A stretch of DNA of 64,000 nucleotides from the human T2T-CHM13v2.0 reference genome, Homo sapiens, in NCBI RefSeq assembly GCF_009914755.1, contig NC_060940.1, one strand, 5' to 3'. Positions 15,201-31,200 of the stretch are shown here, in pieces (position 1 is the stretch's first letter; each line of letters starts with the position of its first letter). Position numbers and translations under genes: made by a program. The notes below the pieces were generated by a model that had not been told where the DNA came from, ran no database searches, and saw nothing but the letters and a program-made list of their open reading frames with translations.

Positions 15201-18200
15201 TTCCATTCGACCATGATTGCCTTTGATTCCATTCAATGATTCCATTCGGTTCCGTTTGATGATGATTCCGTTCGATTCCATTTGATGATTCCATTTGATT
15301 CCATTGGATGGGTCCATTCGATTACATTCGATGATTATTCCATTCGAGTGCATTAGATGATTCCATTCGAGTCCATTCGATGATTCCATTCGATTCCATT
15401 CGATGTTGATTCTGTTCAAATCCATTCGATGATTCCACTCGATTCCATTCGTTGACTCCATTTGATCCCATTCGATGATTTCCTTTGATTCCCTTTGATG
15501 ATCATTCCATTTGATTCAATTCGGTGATTTCATTTGATTCCATTCAGTGATGTTTCCATTCGACTCCATTCGATGATGATTCCATTCGACTCCATTCGAT
15601 TATGATTTCATTCAATTCCATTCGATAATGATTCCCTGCGAGTCTATTCGATGATTCCATTCGATTCCATTCAACGATGATTTGATTCGTGTCCATTCGA
15701 TGATTCCATTTGATTCCACTTGATGATGATTCCATTCGAGCCCATTTGATGATTCCATTCAATTCCATACTCCGATGATTTCTTTTGAGCCCACTCAATG
15801 CTTCCACTCGATTCCATATGATGATGACTCCATTCGATGAAATTCGATGATGATTCCATTCGCTTGCTTTCGATGATGATTCCACTTGAGTCCGTTAGAA
15901 GATTCTATTCAATTACATTCCATGACGATTCCGTTCGAGTCCATTTGATGATTCCATTAGACTCCATTCGACGATGATTCCATTCGATGTTATTCGATGA
16001 TTCCATTTGATCTCATTCGATGATGATTCCATTCAACTCCATTCGATGTTTCCATTCGAGTTCATTCTATTATTCCATTAGATTCCATTCGATGATGATT
16101 CCATTCGATTCCATTTGATGATTGCATTCTATTTCATTTGATGATGATTCCATTCGAGTCCACTCGATGATTCCATTCGAGTCCATTTAATGAATCCATT
16201 GGTTTCAATTCTATGATGATTACATTGGATTCCATTCGTTGATGATTTCATTCGGTTCCATTCAATGATGATTCCATTCAATTCCTTTCAATGTTTCCAT
16301 TCAATTCCATACGATGATGATTCCATTTGATTTGATTCGACAGTGAGCCATTCGATTCAATTCCATGATGATTCTATTTGATTCAATTGGTTGACATTTC
16401 CATTCGATTCCATTCGATGATGATTCCCTTTGATTCCGTTCAAAGATGATTCCATTCTAGCCCATTCAATCATTCCATTCGATTCTATTCAATGATGATT
16501 CCATTCATGTCGATTTGGTGATTCCATTTGACTTCATTTGATGATGATTCCTTTCAAGTTCATTAGATGATTCCATTCGATTCCATTTGATGATGATCCC
16601 ATTCGAGTCCATTCAGTGATTCCATTCATTTCCATTCCATGATGATTCCATTCCTTTCCATTCAATGATTCCATTCGATTCCGTTTGATGATGATTTCAT
16701 TCGAGTCCATTTGATGATTCCATTTGATTCCATTCGATGATGATTCCATTCGAGTCCATTCGATGATTCTATTCGAATCCATTTGATGATTTCTTTTGAT
16801 TATATTTGGTGATGATTCCATTGGAGTCCATTCAATGATTCCATTCTATTCCAATCGATGATGATTCCATTAGAGTCCATTTAATGATTCCATTTGATTC
16901 CAGTCTCTGATGATTACATTCGAGTCCATACGATGATTCCACTCAATTCCATATGATGATGATTCCATTTGATTCCATTCGGTGATTCCATTCTATTCTA
17001 TTCAATGGTGATTCCATTCGAGTACATTAGATGATTCCATTCGATTCCATTCAATGATGATTCTATTTGTGTCCCTTAGATGATTCCACATGATTCCATT
17101 AGATGATGATACTATTTGAGCCCATCCAATGATTCCCTTCGATTCCATTCGATGAGGATTCCATTCGATTCAATTCATTGGTGATTCTATTCAATTCAAT
17201 TCTTTGATTCCATTCCATTCCATTCGACAATAATTCCATTCGATTTCTTTCGATGATTCCACTCGATTCCACTTGACATTGATTCCATTCGATTCCATTC
17301 AATGATTCCATTTGATTCCAGTGGATGATGATTGCCATCGATTCCATTCGATCACTCCATTCTATTCCATTTGATGATGATTACATTCGATTCCATTTGA
17401 TGATTCCATCTGATTCTATTCGAGGATTCCATTTGATTCCATTCGATGATGTTTCCATTCGACTCCATTCGATGATGATTCCATTCGACTCCATTCGATT
17501 ATGATTTCATTCAATTCCATTCGATAATGATTCCCTTCGAGTCCATTCGATGATTCCATTCGATTCCATTCAACGATGTTTTGATTCGTGTCCATTCGAT
17601 GATTCCATTTGATTCCACTTGATGATGATTCCATTCGATTCCATTTGATGATTCCATTCAATTCCATACTCCGATGATTTCTTTTGAGCCCACTCAATGC
17701 TTCCACTCGATTCCATATGATGATGACTCCATTCGATGAAATTCGATGATGATTCCATTCGCTTGCTTTCGATGATGATTCCACTTGAGTCCGTTAGAAG
17801 ACTCTATTCAATTACATTCCATGACGATTCCGTTCGAGTCCATTTGATGATTCCATTAGACTCCATTCGACGATGATTCCTTTCGATGTTATTCCATGAT
17901 TCCATTCGATATCAATCGATGATGATTCCATTCAACTCCATTCGATGTTTCCATTCGAGTTCATTCTATTATTGCATTAGATTCCATTCGATGATGATTC
18001 CATTCGATTCCATTTGATGATTGCATTCTGTTTCATTTGATGATGATTCCATTCGAGTCCACTCGATGATTCCATTCGAGTCCATTTAATGAATCCATTG
18101 GTTTCAATTCTATGATGATTACATTGGATTCCATTCGTTGATGATTTCATTCGGTTCCATTCAATGATGATTCCATTCAATTCCTTTCAATGTTTCCATT

Positions 18201-20261
18201 CAATTCCATACGATGATGATTCCATTTGATTTGATTCGACAGTGAGCCATTCGATTCAATTCCATGATGATTCTATTTGATTCAATTGGTTGACATTTCC
18301 ATTCGATTCCATTCGATGATGATTCCCTTTGATTCCGTTCAAAGATGATTCCATTCTAGCCCATTCAATCATTCCATTCGATTCTATTCAATGATGATTC
18401 CATTCATGTCGATTTGGTGATTCCATTTGACTTCATTTGATGATGATTCCTTTCAAGTTCATTAGATGATTCCATTCGATTCCATTTGATGATGATCCCA
18501 TTCGAGTCCATTCAGTGATTCCATTCGTTTCCATTCCATGATGATTCCATTCCTTTCCATTCAATGATTCCATTCGATTCCGTTTGATGATGATTTCATT
18601 CGAGTCCATTTGATGATTCCATTTGATTCCATTCGATGATGATTCCATTCGAGTCCATTCGATGATTCTATTCGAATCCATTTGATGATTTCTTTTGATT
18701 ATATTTGGTGATGATTCCATTGGAGTCCATTCAATGATTCCATTCGATTCCAATCGATGATGATTCCATTAGAGTCCATTTAATGATTCCATTTGATTCC
18801 AGTCTCTGATGATTACATTCGAGTCCATACGATGATTCCACTCAATTCCATATGATGATGATTCCATTTGATTCCATTCGGTGATTCCATTCTATTCTAT
18901 TCAATGGTGATTCCATTCGAGTACATTAGATGATTCCATTCGATTCCATTCAATGATGATTCTATTTGTGTCCCTTAGATGATTCCACATGATTCCATTA
19001 CATGATGATACTATTTGAGCCCATCCAATGATTCCCTTCGATTCCATTCGATGAGGATTCCATTCGATTCAATTCATTGGTGATTCTATTCAATTCAATT
19101 CTTTGATTCCATTCCATTCCATTCGACAATGATTCCATTCGATTTCTTTCGATGATTCCACTCGATTCCACTTGACATTGATTCCATTCGATTCCATTCA
19201 ATGATTCCATTTGATTCCAGTGGATGATGATTGCCATCAATTCCATTCGATCACTCCATTCTATTCCATTTGATGATGATTACATTCGATTCCATTTGAT
19301 GATTCCATCTGATTCTATTCGAGGATTCCATTTGATTCCATTCGATGATGATTCCATTCGAGTCCATTCGATGATTTCATTCGAGTACATCCAATGATTC
19401 CATTCGAGTCCATTAGATGATTCCATTTGATTCCATTTGAAAATGATTCTACTAGAGTCCATTCAATGACTCCATTCGAGTCCATTCAACAATTCCATTC
19501 GACTCCATTCGATGATTCCATTCGATTCCATTTGATGGTTCCATTCGAGTCCATTTAATCATTACAGTCGAGTCCATTTGGTGATTCCACTGGATTTCTT
19601 TTGATAATGATACCATTCAATTACATTTGATGATGATCCCATTCAATTTCATTTGATGATGATTCCATTAGAGTCCATTCGATGATTTCATTCGAGTCCC
19701 TTCATTGATTCCATCCGATTTCATTGGATGATGACTCCATTCGAGTCCATTCGATGATTCCACTCGATTCCATTAGATGACTCCATTGGAGTCCATTTGA
19801 TTGTTCCATTCGATTCCATTCGATTCCTTTCGAAGATTATTCCATTTGAGTCCATTCGATGATGATTCCATTCCATTCCATTCGATGATTCCGTTTGATT
19901 CCATTCGATGATTCCCTTCGATTCCTTTCTTTGATGATTTCATTCCATTCCATTCAATGATTCCATTCGAATCTATTCCATGATGATTCCTTTCGATTCC
20001 ATTCGCTGATGTTTCCGTTCATTTCCATTCGATGATGATTCCATTCGATTCCATTCATTGAGGATTCCATTTGATTCCATTCAATGATGATTCCATTCTA
20101 TTCCACTCAATGATTGCATTCAATTCCATACAATGATTATCCCATTAGAGTAAACTCAACGATTCCATTCAATACCATTCGATGATGATTCCTTTTGAGT
20201 CCATTCAATGATTTCATTCAAGTCCATTTGATGATTCCTTTCAATTCCATTCTATGATGAT
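12251..20261 (+). repeat. Higher-order unit 3, long variant (8011 = 6112 + 1899 bp)
   Basis: Marker ORF 12411 to 20422 = 8011. The 1899-bp segment occurs twice (15548-17446 and 17447-19345), with a chimeric junction at 17447-17451. Confidence 0.93.
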
Positions 20262-23200
20262 TCCATTCGAGTCCATTCGATGATTCCATTCAATTGCATT
20301 TGATGATTCCATTATATTCCATTCAACGGTGATTCCATTCGAGTCCATTCCATGATTCCATTAGAGTACATTTAATGATTGCTTTGTTTTCAATTCGAAG
20401 ATGATTACATTGGATTCCATTCTATGATACCATTCGATTCCATTCAATGATGATTCCACTCAAATCCATTGGATGATTCCATTCGTGTCCATTCGGTGAT
20501 TTCATTAGATTCCATTCGAGGATGATTCCATTCGATTCCATTCGATGATTCCATTCAATTCCATTCGATGATGATTCCATTCCAGTCCATATGATCATTC
20601 CATTTGATTTCATTCGATGATGATTCCATTCGATTCCATTCGATGATTCCATTCTATTCCATTCGATGATGATTCCATTCGAGTCCATTCGATGATTCCA
20701 TTCGAGTCCATTTAATGATTCCATTGGGTTCAATTCAATGATGATTACATTGGATTCCGTTCTATGATTCCATTCAATTCCATTCATTGACAATTTGATT
20801 CCATTCGATGATGATTCCATTTGAGTTCATTCGATGATTCTATTCGATTCTCTTCGATGGTGATTCAATTCTATTATATTGGATGATTCCATTCGATTCC
20901 ATTTGATGTTGATTCAATTCGATTCTATTCGATGATGATTCCATTGGATTTCACTTGATGATTCTATTCGATTCCATTCAATGATGATTCACTTCTCGTC
21001 CATTGGATGATTCCATTTCATTCCATTCGATGATGATTCCATTCGATTCCATTCGATGATTCCATTTGATTCCATGCGACGGTGAGCAATTCGATTCAAT
21101 TCCATGATGATTCTATTTGATTCAATTAGATGATGTTTCCATTCGAATCCATTCCATGATTATTCCATTGGAATCCATTCGGCGATGATTCCATATGAGT
21201 CAATTCAATGATGATTCCATATGGGTCCGTTCGATGATAATTCCATTTGATTTCATTCGATGCTTCTATTCTATTCCAGTCGATGATGATTCCATTGGAG
21301 TCCATACGATGATTCCATTTGATTTCATTTGATGATGATTCCATTCGATGATGATTACATTGGATTCCATTCTATGATTCCATTCAATTCCATTCGTTGA
21401 TGATTCGATTCCATTCAATGATGATTCCATTTGAGTTCATTCGATGATTCTATTCGATTCCGTTCGATGGTGACTCAATTCTATTATACTGGATGATACC
21501 AGTCGATTCCATTTGATGATTATTCCATTGGAGTCCATTTAGTGAATCCTTTAGATTCTACTCGACGATGATTCCATTCGAGTCCATTCGATGATACCAT
21601 TCAATTCCATTCGTTGATGCTTCCATTCAAGTGCATTCGATGATATCATTCGATTCCATTTGATGATAATTCCATTTGATTCCATGCGATGATTCTATTC
21701 GATTCCATTCAATGATAATTCCATTCAATTCAGTGATTCCTCTGGACTCCATTTGATGATGATTCCATTCAATGATTCCATTCGATTCTATTCGAAAATG
21801 ATTCCATTTGAATCCATTTGATGATGATTCCATTAGATTCCATTTGATGATTCCATTCGATTCCATTCGACGATGATTCCATTCGATTCCGTTTGATGAT
21901 TCCATTCTATTCTATTCGATGATGATTCCATTCGATTCCATTCGATGATGATTGGATTCGATTCCATTGGATGATTTCATTTGATTCCATTCGTTAATGA
22001 TTTCGATCAATTCCATTCGATGATTCCATTCGATTCCATTCGATAATGATTACATCCGAGTCCATTCGATGATTCCATTTTAGCCTGTTCGATAATTCCA
22101 TTTGAGTCCAACCAATGATTCCATTCATTTCCATTCAATGATTCCATTCGAGTCCATTTGATCATTCCGGTAGGGTCCATTCGATGTTGATTCCATTGGA
22201 GTGCATTCGATGATTCCATTCGAGTCCATTTTAGGATTTGATTCGAGTCCTTTCGATGATTCCATTCGATTCCACTCGATGATGATTTCATTCGAGTCCA
22301 TTCGACACTTCCAATCGATTCCATTTGATGATTCCATTCGAGTCCAATTGATGATTCCATTCAATTCCATTCGATGATGATTCCGTACGATACCATTCTG
22401 TGATGATTCCATGTGATTGCATTCAATGATGATTCCTTTCGATTGCATTCGATTATGATTCATTTCGTGTTCATTCTATGGTTCCACAGGTTTCCATTCG
22501 TGTCCATTCCATTATTCCATTCTATTCCATTTGATGATGATTCCATTCGATTCCATTCATTGGTGATTCCACTCAATTCCATTCAATGATTCCATTCCAT
22601 TTCTTTCAACAATGATTCCATTAGTTTCTAATCGATGATCCACTTGATTCCATTTGACGACGATTCCATTCTTGTCCATTCGATGATTCCATTTGATTCC
22701 ATATGATGATGATTCCATTCGATTCCATACCATGATGATTCCATTCGAGTCCATTCAATGGTGATTCCATTCAATTCCATTCGATGATTCCTTTTGATTC
22801 CATTCGATGATGATGGCATTCGATTCCTTTCAATCATTCCCTTTGATTCCATTCAAAGGTGATTTCATTCAAGTCCATTCGATAATTGCATTCGATTCCA
22901 TTCTATGATGATTCCATTCGAGTCCATTTGATGATTCCATTCAATTCAAGTCAATGATGATTCCATTCGATTCCATTCGATGATTCCATTGGATTCCATT
23001 CGATGATGATTCCATTCAAATCCTTTCGATAATTCAATTCAAGTCCATTCGATGATGATTCCAATCGAATCCATTCAAAGATTCCATTCAGTTCCATTCG
23101 ATGATTCCCTTAGATTCCATTCGATGATTCCACTTGATTGCATTTACGATGATTCCATTCGATTCCATGTGATGATTCCATTCAATTCTATTCAATGATG

Positions 23201-26200
23201 TCTCCATTTGATTCCATTCGACCATGATTGCCTTTGATTCCATTCAATGATTCCATTCGGTTCCGTTTGATGATGATTCCGTTCGATTCCATTTGATGAT
23301 TCCATTTGATTCCATTGGATGGGTCCATTCGATTACATTCGATGATTATTCCATTCGAGTGCATTAGATGATTCCATTCGAGTCCATTCGATGATTCCAT
23401 TCGATTCCATTCGATGTTGATTCTGTTCAAATCCATTCGATGATTCCACTCGATTCCATTCGTTGACTCCATTTGATCCCATTCGATGATTTCCTTTGAT
23501 TCCCTTTGATGATCATTCCATTTGATTCAATTCGGTGATTTCATTTGATTCCATTCAGTGATGTTTCCATTCGACTCCATTCGATGATGATTCCATTCGA
23601 CTCCATTCGATTATGATTTCATTCAATTCCATTCGATAATGATTCCCTGCGAGTCTATTCGATGATTCCATTCGATTCCATTCAACGATGATTTGATTCG
23701 TGTCCATTCGATGATTCCATTTGATTCCACTTGATGATGATTCCATTCGAGCCCATTTGATGATTCCATTCAATTCCATACTCCGATGATTTCTTTTGAG
23801 CCCACTCAATGCTTCCACTCGATTCCATATGATGATGACTCCATTCGATGAAATTCGATGATGATTCCATTCGCTTGCTTTCGATGATGATTCCACTTGA
23901 GTCCGTTAGAAGATTCTATTCAATTACATTCCATGACGATTCCGTTCGAGTCCATTTGATGATTCCATTAGACTCCATTCGACGATGATTCCATTCGATG
24001 TTATTCGATGATTCCATTTGATCTCATTCGATGATGATTCCATTCAACTCCATTCGATGTTTCCATTCGAGTTCATTCTATTATTCCATTAGATTCCATT
24101 CGATGATGATTCCATTCGATTCCATTTGATGATTGCATTCTATTTCATTTGATGATGATTCCATTCGAGTCCACTCGATGATTCCATTCGAGTCCATTTA
24201 ATGAATCCATTGGTTTCAATTCTATGATGATTACATTGGATTCCATTCGTTGATGATTTCATTCGGTTCCATTCAATGATGATTCCATTCAATTCCTTTC
24301 AATGTTTCCATTCAATTCCATACGATGATGATTCCATTTGATTTGATTCGACAGTGAGCCATTCGATTCAATTCCATGATGATTCTATTTGATTCAATTG
24401 GTTGACATTTCCATTCGATTCCATTCGATGATGATTCCCTTTGATTCCGTTCAAAGATGATTCCATTCTAGCCCATTCAATCATTCCATTCGATTCTATT
24501 CAATGATGATTCCATTCATGTCGATTTGGTGATTCCATTTGACTTCATTTGATGATGATTCCTTTCAAGTTCATTAGATGATTCCATTCGATTCCATTTG
24601 ATGATGATCCCATTCGAGTCCATTCAGTGATTCCATTCATTTCCATTCCATGATGATTCCATTCCTTTCCATTCAATGATTCCATTCGATTCCGTTTGAT
24701 GATGATTTCATTCGAGTCCATTTGATGATTCCATTTGATTCCATTCGATGATGATTCCATTCGAGTCCATTCGATGATTCTATTCGAATCCATTTGATGA
24801 TTTCTTTTGATTATATTTGGTGATGATTCCATTGGAGTCCATTCAATGATTCCATTCTATTCCAATCGATGATGATTCCATTAGAGTCCATTTAATGATT
24901 CCATTTGATTCCAGTCTCTGATGATTACATTCGAGTCCATACGATGATTCCACTCAATTCCATATGATGATGATTCCATTTGATTCCATTCGGTGATTCC
25001 ATTCTATTCTATTCAATGGTGATTCCATTCGAGTACATTAGATGATTCCATTCGATTCCATTCAATGATGATTCTATTTGTGTCCCTTAGATGATTCCAC
25101 ATGATTCCATTAGATGATGATACTATTTGAGCCCATCCAATGATTCCCTTCGATTCCATTCGATGAGGATTCCATTCGATTCAATTCATTGGTGATTCTA
25201 TTCAATTCAATTCTTTGATTCCATTCCATTCCATTCGACAATAATTCCATTCGATTTCTTTCGATGATTCCACTCGATTCCACTTGACATTGATTCCATT
25301 CGATTCCATTCAATGATTCCATTTGATTCCAGTGGATGATGATTGCCATCGATTCCATTCAATCACTCCATTCTATTCCATTTGATGATGATTACATTCG
25401 ATTCCATTTGATGATTCCATCTGATTCTATTCGAGGATTCCATTTGATTCCATTCGATGATGTTTCCATTCGACTCCATTCGATGATGATTCCATTCGAC
25501 TCCATTCGATTATGATTTCATTCAATTCCATTCGATAATGATTCCCTTCGAGTCCATTCGATGATTCCATTCGATTCCATTCAACGATGTTTTGATTCGT
25601 GTCCATTCGATGATTCCATTTGATTCCACTTGATGATGATTCCATTCGAGTCCATTTGATGATTCCATTCAATTCCATACTCCGATGATTTCTTTTGAGC
25701 CCACTCAATGCTTCCACTCGATTCCATATGATGATGACTCCATTCGATGAAATTCGATGATGATTCCATTCGCTTGCTTTCGATGATGATTCCACTTGAG
25801 TCCGTTAGAAGATTCTATTCAATTACATTCCATGACGATTCCGTTCGAGTCCATTTGATGATTCCATTAGACTCCATTCGACGATGATTCCTTTCGATGT
25901 TATTCCATGATTCCATTCGATATCAATCGATGATGATTCCATTCAACTCCATTCGATGTTTCCATTCGAGTTCATTCTATTATTGCATTAGATTCCATTC
26001 GATGATGATTCCATTCGATTCCATTTGATGATTGCATTCTGTTTCATTTGATGATGATTCCATTCGAGTCCACTCGATGATTCCATTCGAGTCCATTTAA
26101 TGAATCCATTGGTTTCAATTCTATGATGATTACATTGGATTCCATTCGTTGATGATTTCATTCGGTTCCATTCAATGATGATTCCATTCAATTCCTTTCA

Positions 26201-28272
26201 ATGTTTCCATTCAATTCCATACGATGATGATTCCATTTGATTTGATTCGACAGTGAGCCATTCGATTCAATTCCATGATGATTCTATTTGATTCAATTGG
26301 TTGACATTTCCATTCGATTCCATTCGATGATGATTCCCTTTGATTCCGTTCAAAGATGATTCCATTCTAGCCCATTCAATCATTCCATTCGATTCTATTC
26401 AATGATGATTCCATTCATGTCGATTTGGTGATTCCATTTGACTTCATTTGATGATGATTCCTTTCAAGTTCATTAGATGATTCCATTCGATTCCATTTGA
26501 TGATGATCCCATTCGAGTCCATTCAGTGATTCCATTCGTTTCCATTCCATGATGATTCCATTCCTTTCCATTCAATGATTCCATTCGATTCCGTTTGATG
26601 ATGATTTCATTCGAGTCCATTTGATGATTCCATTTGATTCCATTCGATGATGATTCCATTCGAGTCCATTCGATGATTCTATTCGAATCCATTTGATGAT
26701 TTCTTTTGATTATATTTGGTGATGATTCCATTGGAGTCCATTCAATGATTCCATTCGATTCCAATCGATGATGATTCCATTAGAGTCCATTTAATGATTC
26801 CATTTGATTCCAGTCTCTGATGATTACATTCGAGTCCATACGATGATTCCACTCAATTCCATATGATGATGATTCCATTTGATTCCATTCGGTGATTCCA
26901 TTCTATTCTATTCAATGGTGATTCCATTCGAGTACATTAGATGATTCCATTCGATTCCATTCAATGATGATTCTATTTGTGTCCCTTAGATGATTCCACA
27001 TGATTCCATTAGATGATGATACTATTTGAGCCCATCCAATGATTCCCTTCGATTCCATTCGATGAGGATTCCATTCGATTCAATTCATTGGTGATTCTAT
27101 TCAATTCAATTCTTTGATTCCATTCCATTCCATTCGACAATGATTCCATTCGATTTCTTTCGATGATTCCACTCGATTCCACTTGACATTGATTCCATTC
27201 GATTCCATTCAATGATTCCATTTGATTCCAGTGGATGATGATTGCCATCGATTCCATTCGATCACTCCATTCTATTCCATTTGATGATGATTACATTCGA
27301 TTCCATTTGATGATTCCATCTGATTCTATTCGAGGATTCCATTTGATTCCATTCGATGATGATTCCATTCGAGTCCATTCGATGATTTCATTCGAGTACA
27401 TCCAATGATTCCATTCGAGTCCATTAGATGATTCCATTTGATTCCATTTGAAAATGATTCTACTAGAGTCCATTCAATGACTCCATTCGAGTCCATTCAA
27501 CAATTCCATTCGACTCCATTCGATGATTCCATTCGATTCCATTTGATGGTTCCATTCGAGTCCATTTAATCATTACAGTCGAGTCCATTTGGTGATTCCA
27601 CTGGATTTCTTTTGATAATGATACCATTCAATTACATTTGATGATGATCCCATTCAATTTCATTTGATGATGATTCCATTAGAGTCCATTCGATGATTTC
27701 ATTCGAGTCCCTTCATTGATTCCATCCGATTTCATTGGATGATGACTCCATTCGAGTCCATTCGATGATTCCACTCGATTCCATTAGATGACTCCATTGG
27801 AGTCCATTTGATTGTTCCATTCGATTCCATTCGATTCCTTTCGAAGATTATTCCATTTGAGTCCATTCGATGATGATTCCATTCCATTCCATTCGATGAT
27901 TCCGTTTGATTCCATTCGATGATTCCCTTCGATTCCTTTCTTTGATGATTTCATTCCATTCCATTCAATGATTCCATTCGAATCTATTCCATGATGATTC
28001 CTTTCGATTCCATTCGCTGATGTTTCCGTTCAATTCCATTCGATGATGATTCCATTCGATTCCATTCATTGAGGATTCCATTTGATTCCATTCAATGATG
28101 ATTCCATTCTATTCCACTCAATGATTGCATTCAATTCCATACAATGATTATCCCATTAGAGTAAACTCAACGATTCCATTCAATACCATTCGATGATGAT
28201 TCCTTTTGAGTCCATTCAATGATTTCATTCAAGTCCATTTGATGATTCCTTTCAATTCCATTCTATGATGAT
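20262..28272 (+). repeat. Higher-order unit 4, long variant (8011 bp)
   Basis: Marker ORF 20422 to 28433 = 8011; the same chimeric junction recurs at 25458-25462. Confidence 0.93.
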
Positions 28273-31200
28273 TCCATTCGAGTCCATTCGATGATTCCAT
28301 TCAATTGCATTTGATGATTCCATTATATTCCATTCAACGGTGATTCCATTCGAGTCCATTCCATGATTCCATTAGAGTACATTTAATGATTGCTTTGTTT
28401 TCAATTCGAAGATGATTACATTGGATTCCATTCTATGATACCATTCGATTCCATTCAATGATGATTCCACTCAAATCCATTGGATGATTCCATTCGTGTC
28501 CATTCGGTGATTTCATTAGATTCCATTCGAGGATGATTCCATTCGATTCCATTCGATGATTCCATTCAATTCCATTCGATGATGATTCCATTCCAGTCCA
28601 TATGATCATTCCATTTGATTTCATTCGATGATGATTCCATTCGATTCCATTCGATGATTCCATTCTATTCCATTCGATGATGATTCCATTCGAGTCCATT
28701 CGATGATTCCATTCGAGTCCATTTAATGATTCCATTGGGTTCAATTCAATGATGATTACATTGGATTCCGTTCTATGATTCCATTCAATTCCATTCATTG
28801 ACAATTTGATTCCATTCGATGATGATTCCATTTGAGTTCATTCGATGATTCTATTCGATTCTCTTCGATGGTGATTCAATTCTATTATATTGGATGATTC
28901 CATTCGATTCCATTTGATGTTGATTCAATTCGATTCTATTCGATGATGATTCCATTGGATTTCACTTGATGATTCTATTCGATTCCATTCAATGATGATT
29001 CACTTCTCGTCCATTGGATGATTCCATTTCATTCCATTCGATGATGATTCCATTCGATTCCATTCGATGATTCCATTTGATTCCATGCGACGGTGAGCAA
29101 TTCGATTCAATTCCATGATGATTCTATTTGATTCAATTAGATGATGTTTCCATTCGAATCCATTCCATGATTATTCCATTGGAATCCATTCGGCGATGAT
29201 TCCATATGAGTCAATTCAATGATGATTCCATATGGGTCCGTTCGATGATAATTCCATTTGATTTCATTCGATGCTTCTATTCTATTCCAGTCGATGATGA
29301 TTCCATTGGAGTCCATACGATGATTCCATTTGATTTCATTTGATGATGATTCCATTCGATGATGATTACATTGGATTCCATTCTATGATTCCATTCAATT
29401 CCATTCGTTGATGATTCGATTCCATTCAATGATGATTCCATTTGAGTTCATTCGATGATTCTATTCGATTCCGTTCGATGGTGACTCAATTCTATTATAC
29501 TGGATGATACCAGTCGATTCCATTTGATGATTATTCCATTGGAGTCCATTTAGTGAATCCTTTAGATTCTACTCGACGATGATTCCATTCGAGTCCATTC
29601 GATGATACCATTCAATTCCATTCGTTGATGCTTCCATTCAAGTGCATTCGATGATATCATTCGATTCCATTTGATGATAATTCCATTTGATTCCATGCGA
29701 TGATTCTATTCGATTCCATTCAATGATAATTCCATTCAATTCAGTGATTCCTCTGGACTCCATTTGATGATGATTCCATTCAATGATTCCATTCGATTCT
29801 ATTCGAAAATGATTCCATTTGAATCCATTTGATGATGATTCCATTAGATTCCATTTGATGATTCCATTCGATTCCATTCGACGATGATTCCATTCGATTC
29901 CGTTTGATGATTCCATTCTATTCTATTCGATGATGATTCCATTCGATTCCATTCGATGATGATTGGATTCGATTCCATTGGATGATTTCATTTGATTCCA
30001 TTCGTTAATGATTTCGATCAATTCCATTCGATGATTCCATTCGATTCCATTCGATAATGATTACATCCGAGTCCATTCGATGATTCCATTTTAGCCTGTT
30101 CGATAATTCCATTTGAGTCCAACCAATGATTCCATTCATTTCCATTCAATGATTCCATTCGAGTCCATTTGATCATTCCGGTAGGGTCCATTCGATGTTG
30201 ATTCCATTGGAGTGCATTCGATGATTCCATTCGAGTCCATTTTAGGATTTGATTCGAGTCCTTTCGATGATTCCATTCGATTCCACTCGATGATGATTTC
30301 ATTCGAGTCCATTCGACACTTCCAATCGATTCCATTTGATGATTCCATTCGAGTCCAATTGATGATTCCATTCAATTCCATTCGATGATGATTCCGTACG
30401 ATACCATTCTGTGATGATTCCATGTGATTGCATTCAATGATGATTCCTTTCGATTGCATTCGATTATGATTCATTTCGTGTTCATTCTATGGTTCCACAG
30501 GTTTCCATTCGTGTCCATTCCATTATTCCATTCTATTCCATTTGATGATGATTCCATTCGATTCCATTCATTGGTGATTCCACTCAATTCCATTCAATGA
30601 TTCCATTCCATTTCTTTCAACAATGATTCCATTAGTTTCTAATCGATGATCCACTTGATTCCATTTGACGACGATTCCATTCTTGTCCATTCGATGATTC
30701 CATTTGATTCCATATGATGATGATTCCATTCGATTCCATACCATGATGATTCCATTCGAGTCCATTCAATGGTGATTCCATTCAATTCCATTCGATGATT
30801 CCTTTTGATTCCATTCGATGATGATGGCATTCGATTCCTTTCAATCATTCCCTTTGATTCCATTCAAAGGTGATTTCATTCAAGTCCATTCGATAATTGC
30901 ATTCGATTCCATTCTATGATGATTCCATTCGAGTCCATTTGATGATTCCATTCAATTCAAGTCAATGATGATTCCATTCGATTCCATTCGATGATTCCAT
31001 TGGATTCCATTCGATGATGATTCCATTCAAATCCTTTCGATAATTCAATTCAAGTCCATTCGATGATGATTCCAATCGAATCCATTCAAAGATTCCATTC
31101 AGTTCCATTCGATGATTCCCTTAGATTCCATTCGATGATTCCACTTGATTGCATTTACGATGATTCCATTCGATTCCATGTGATGATTCCATTCAATTCT

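Noticed and set aside
17416-17784. Novel 122-aa 'fusion' ORF (also 25427-25795)
   Set aside because: It is a read-through across the 8011-bp junction: a useful breakpoint marker, not a gene.
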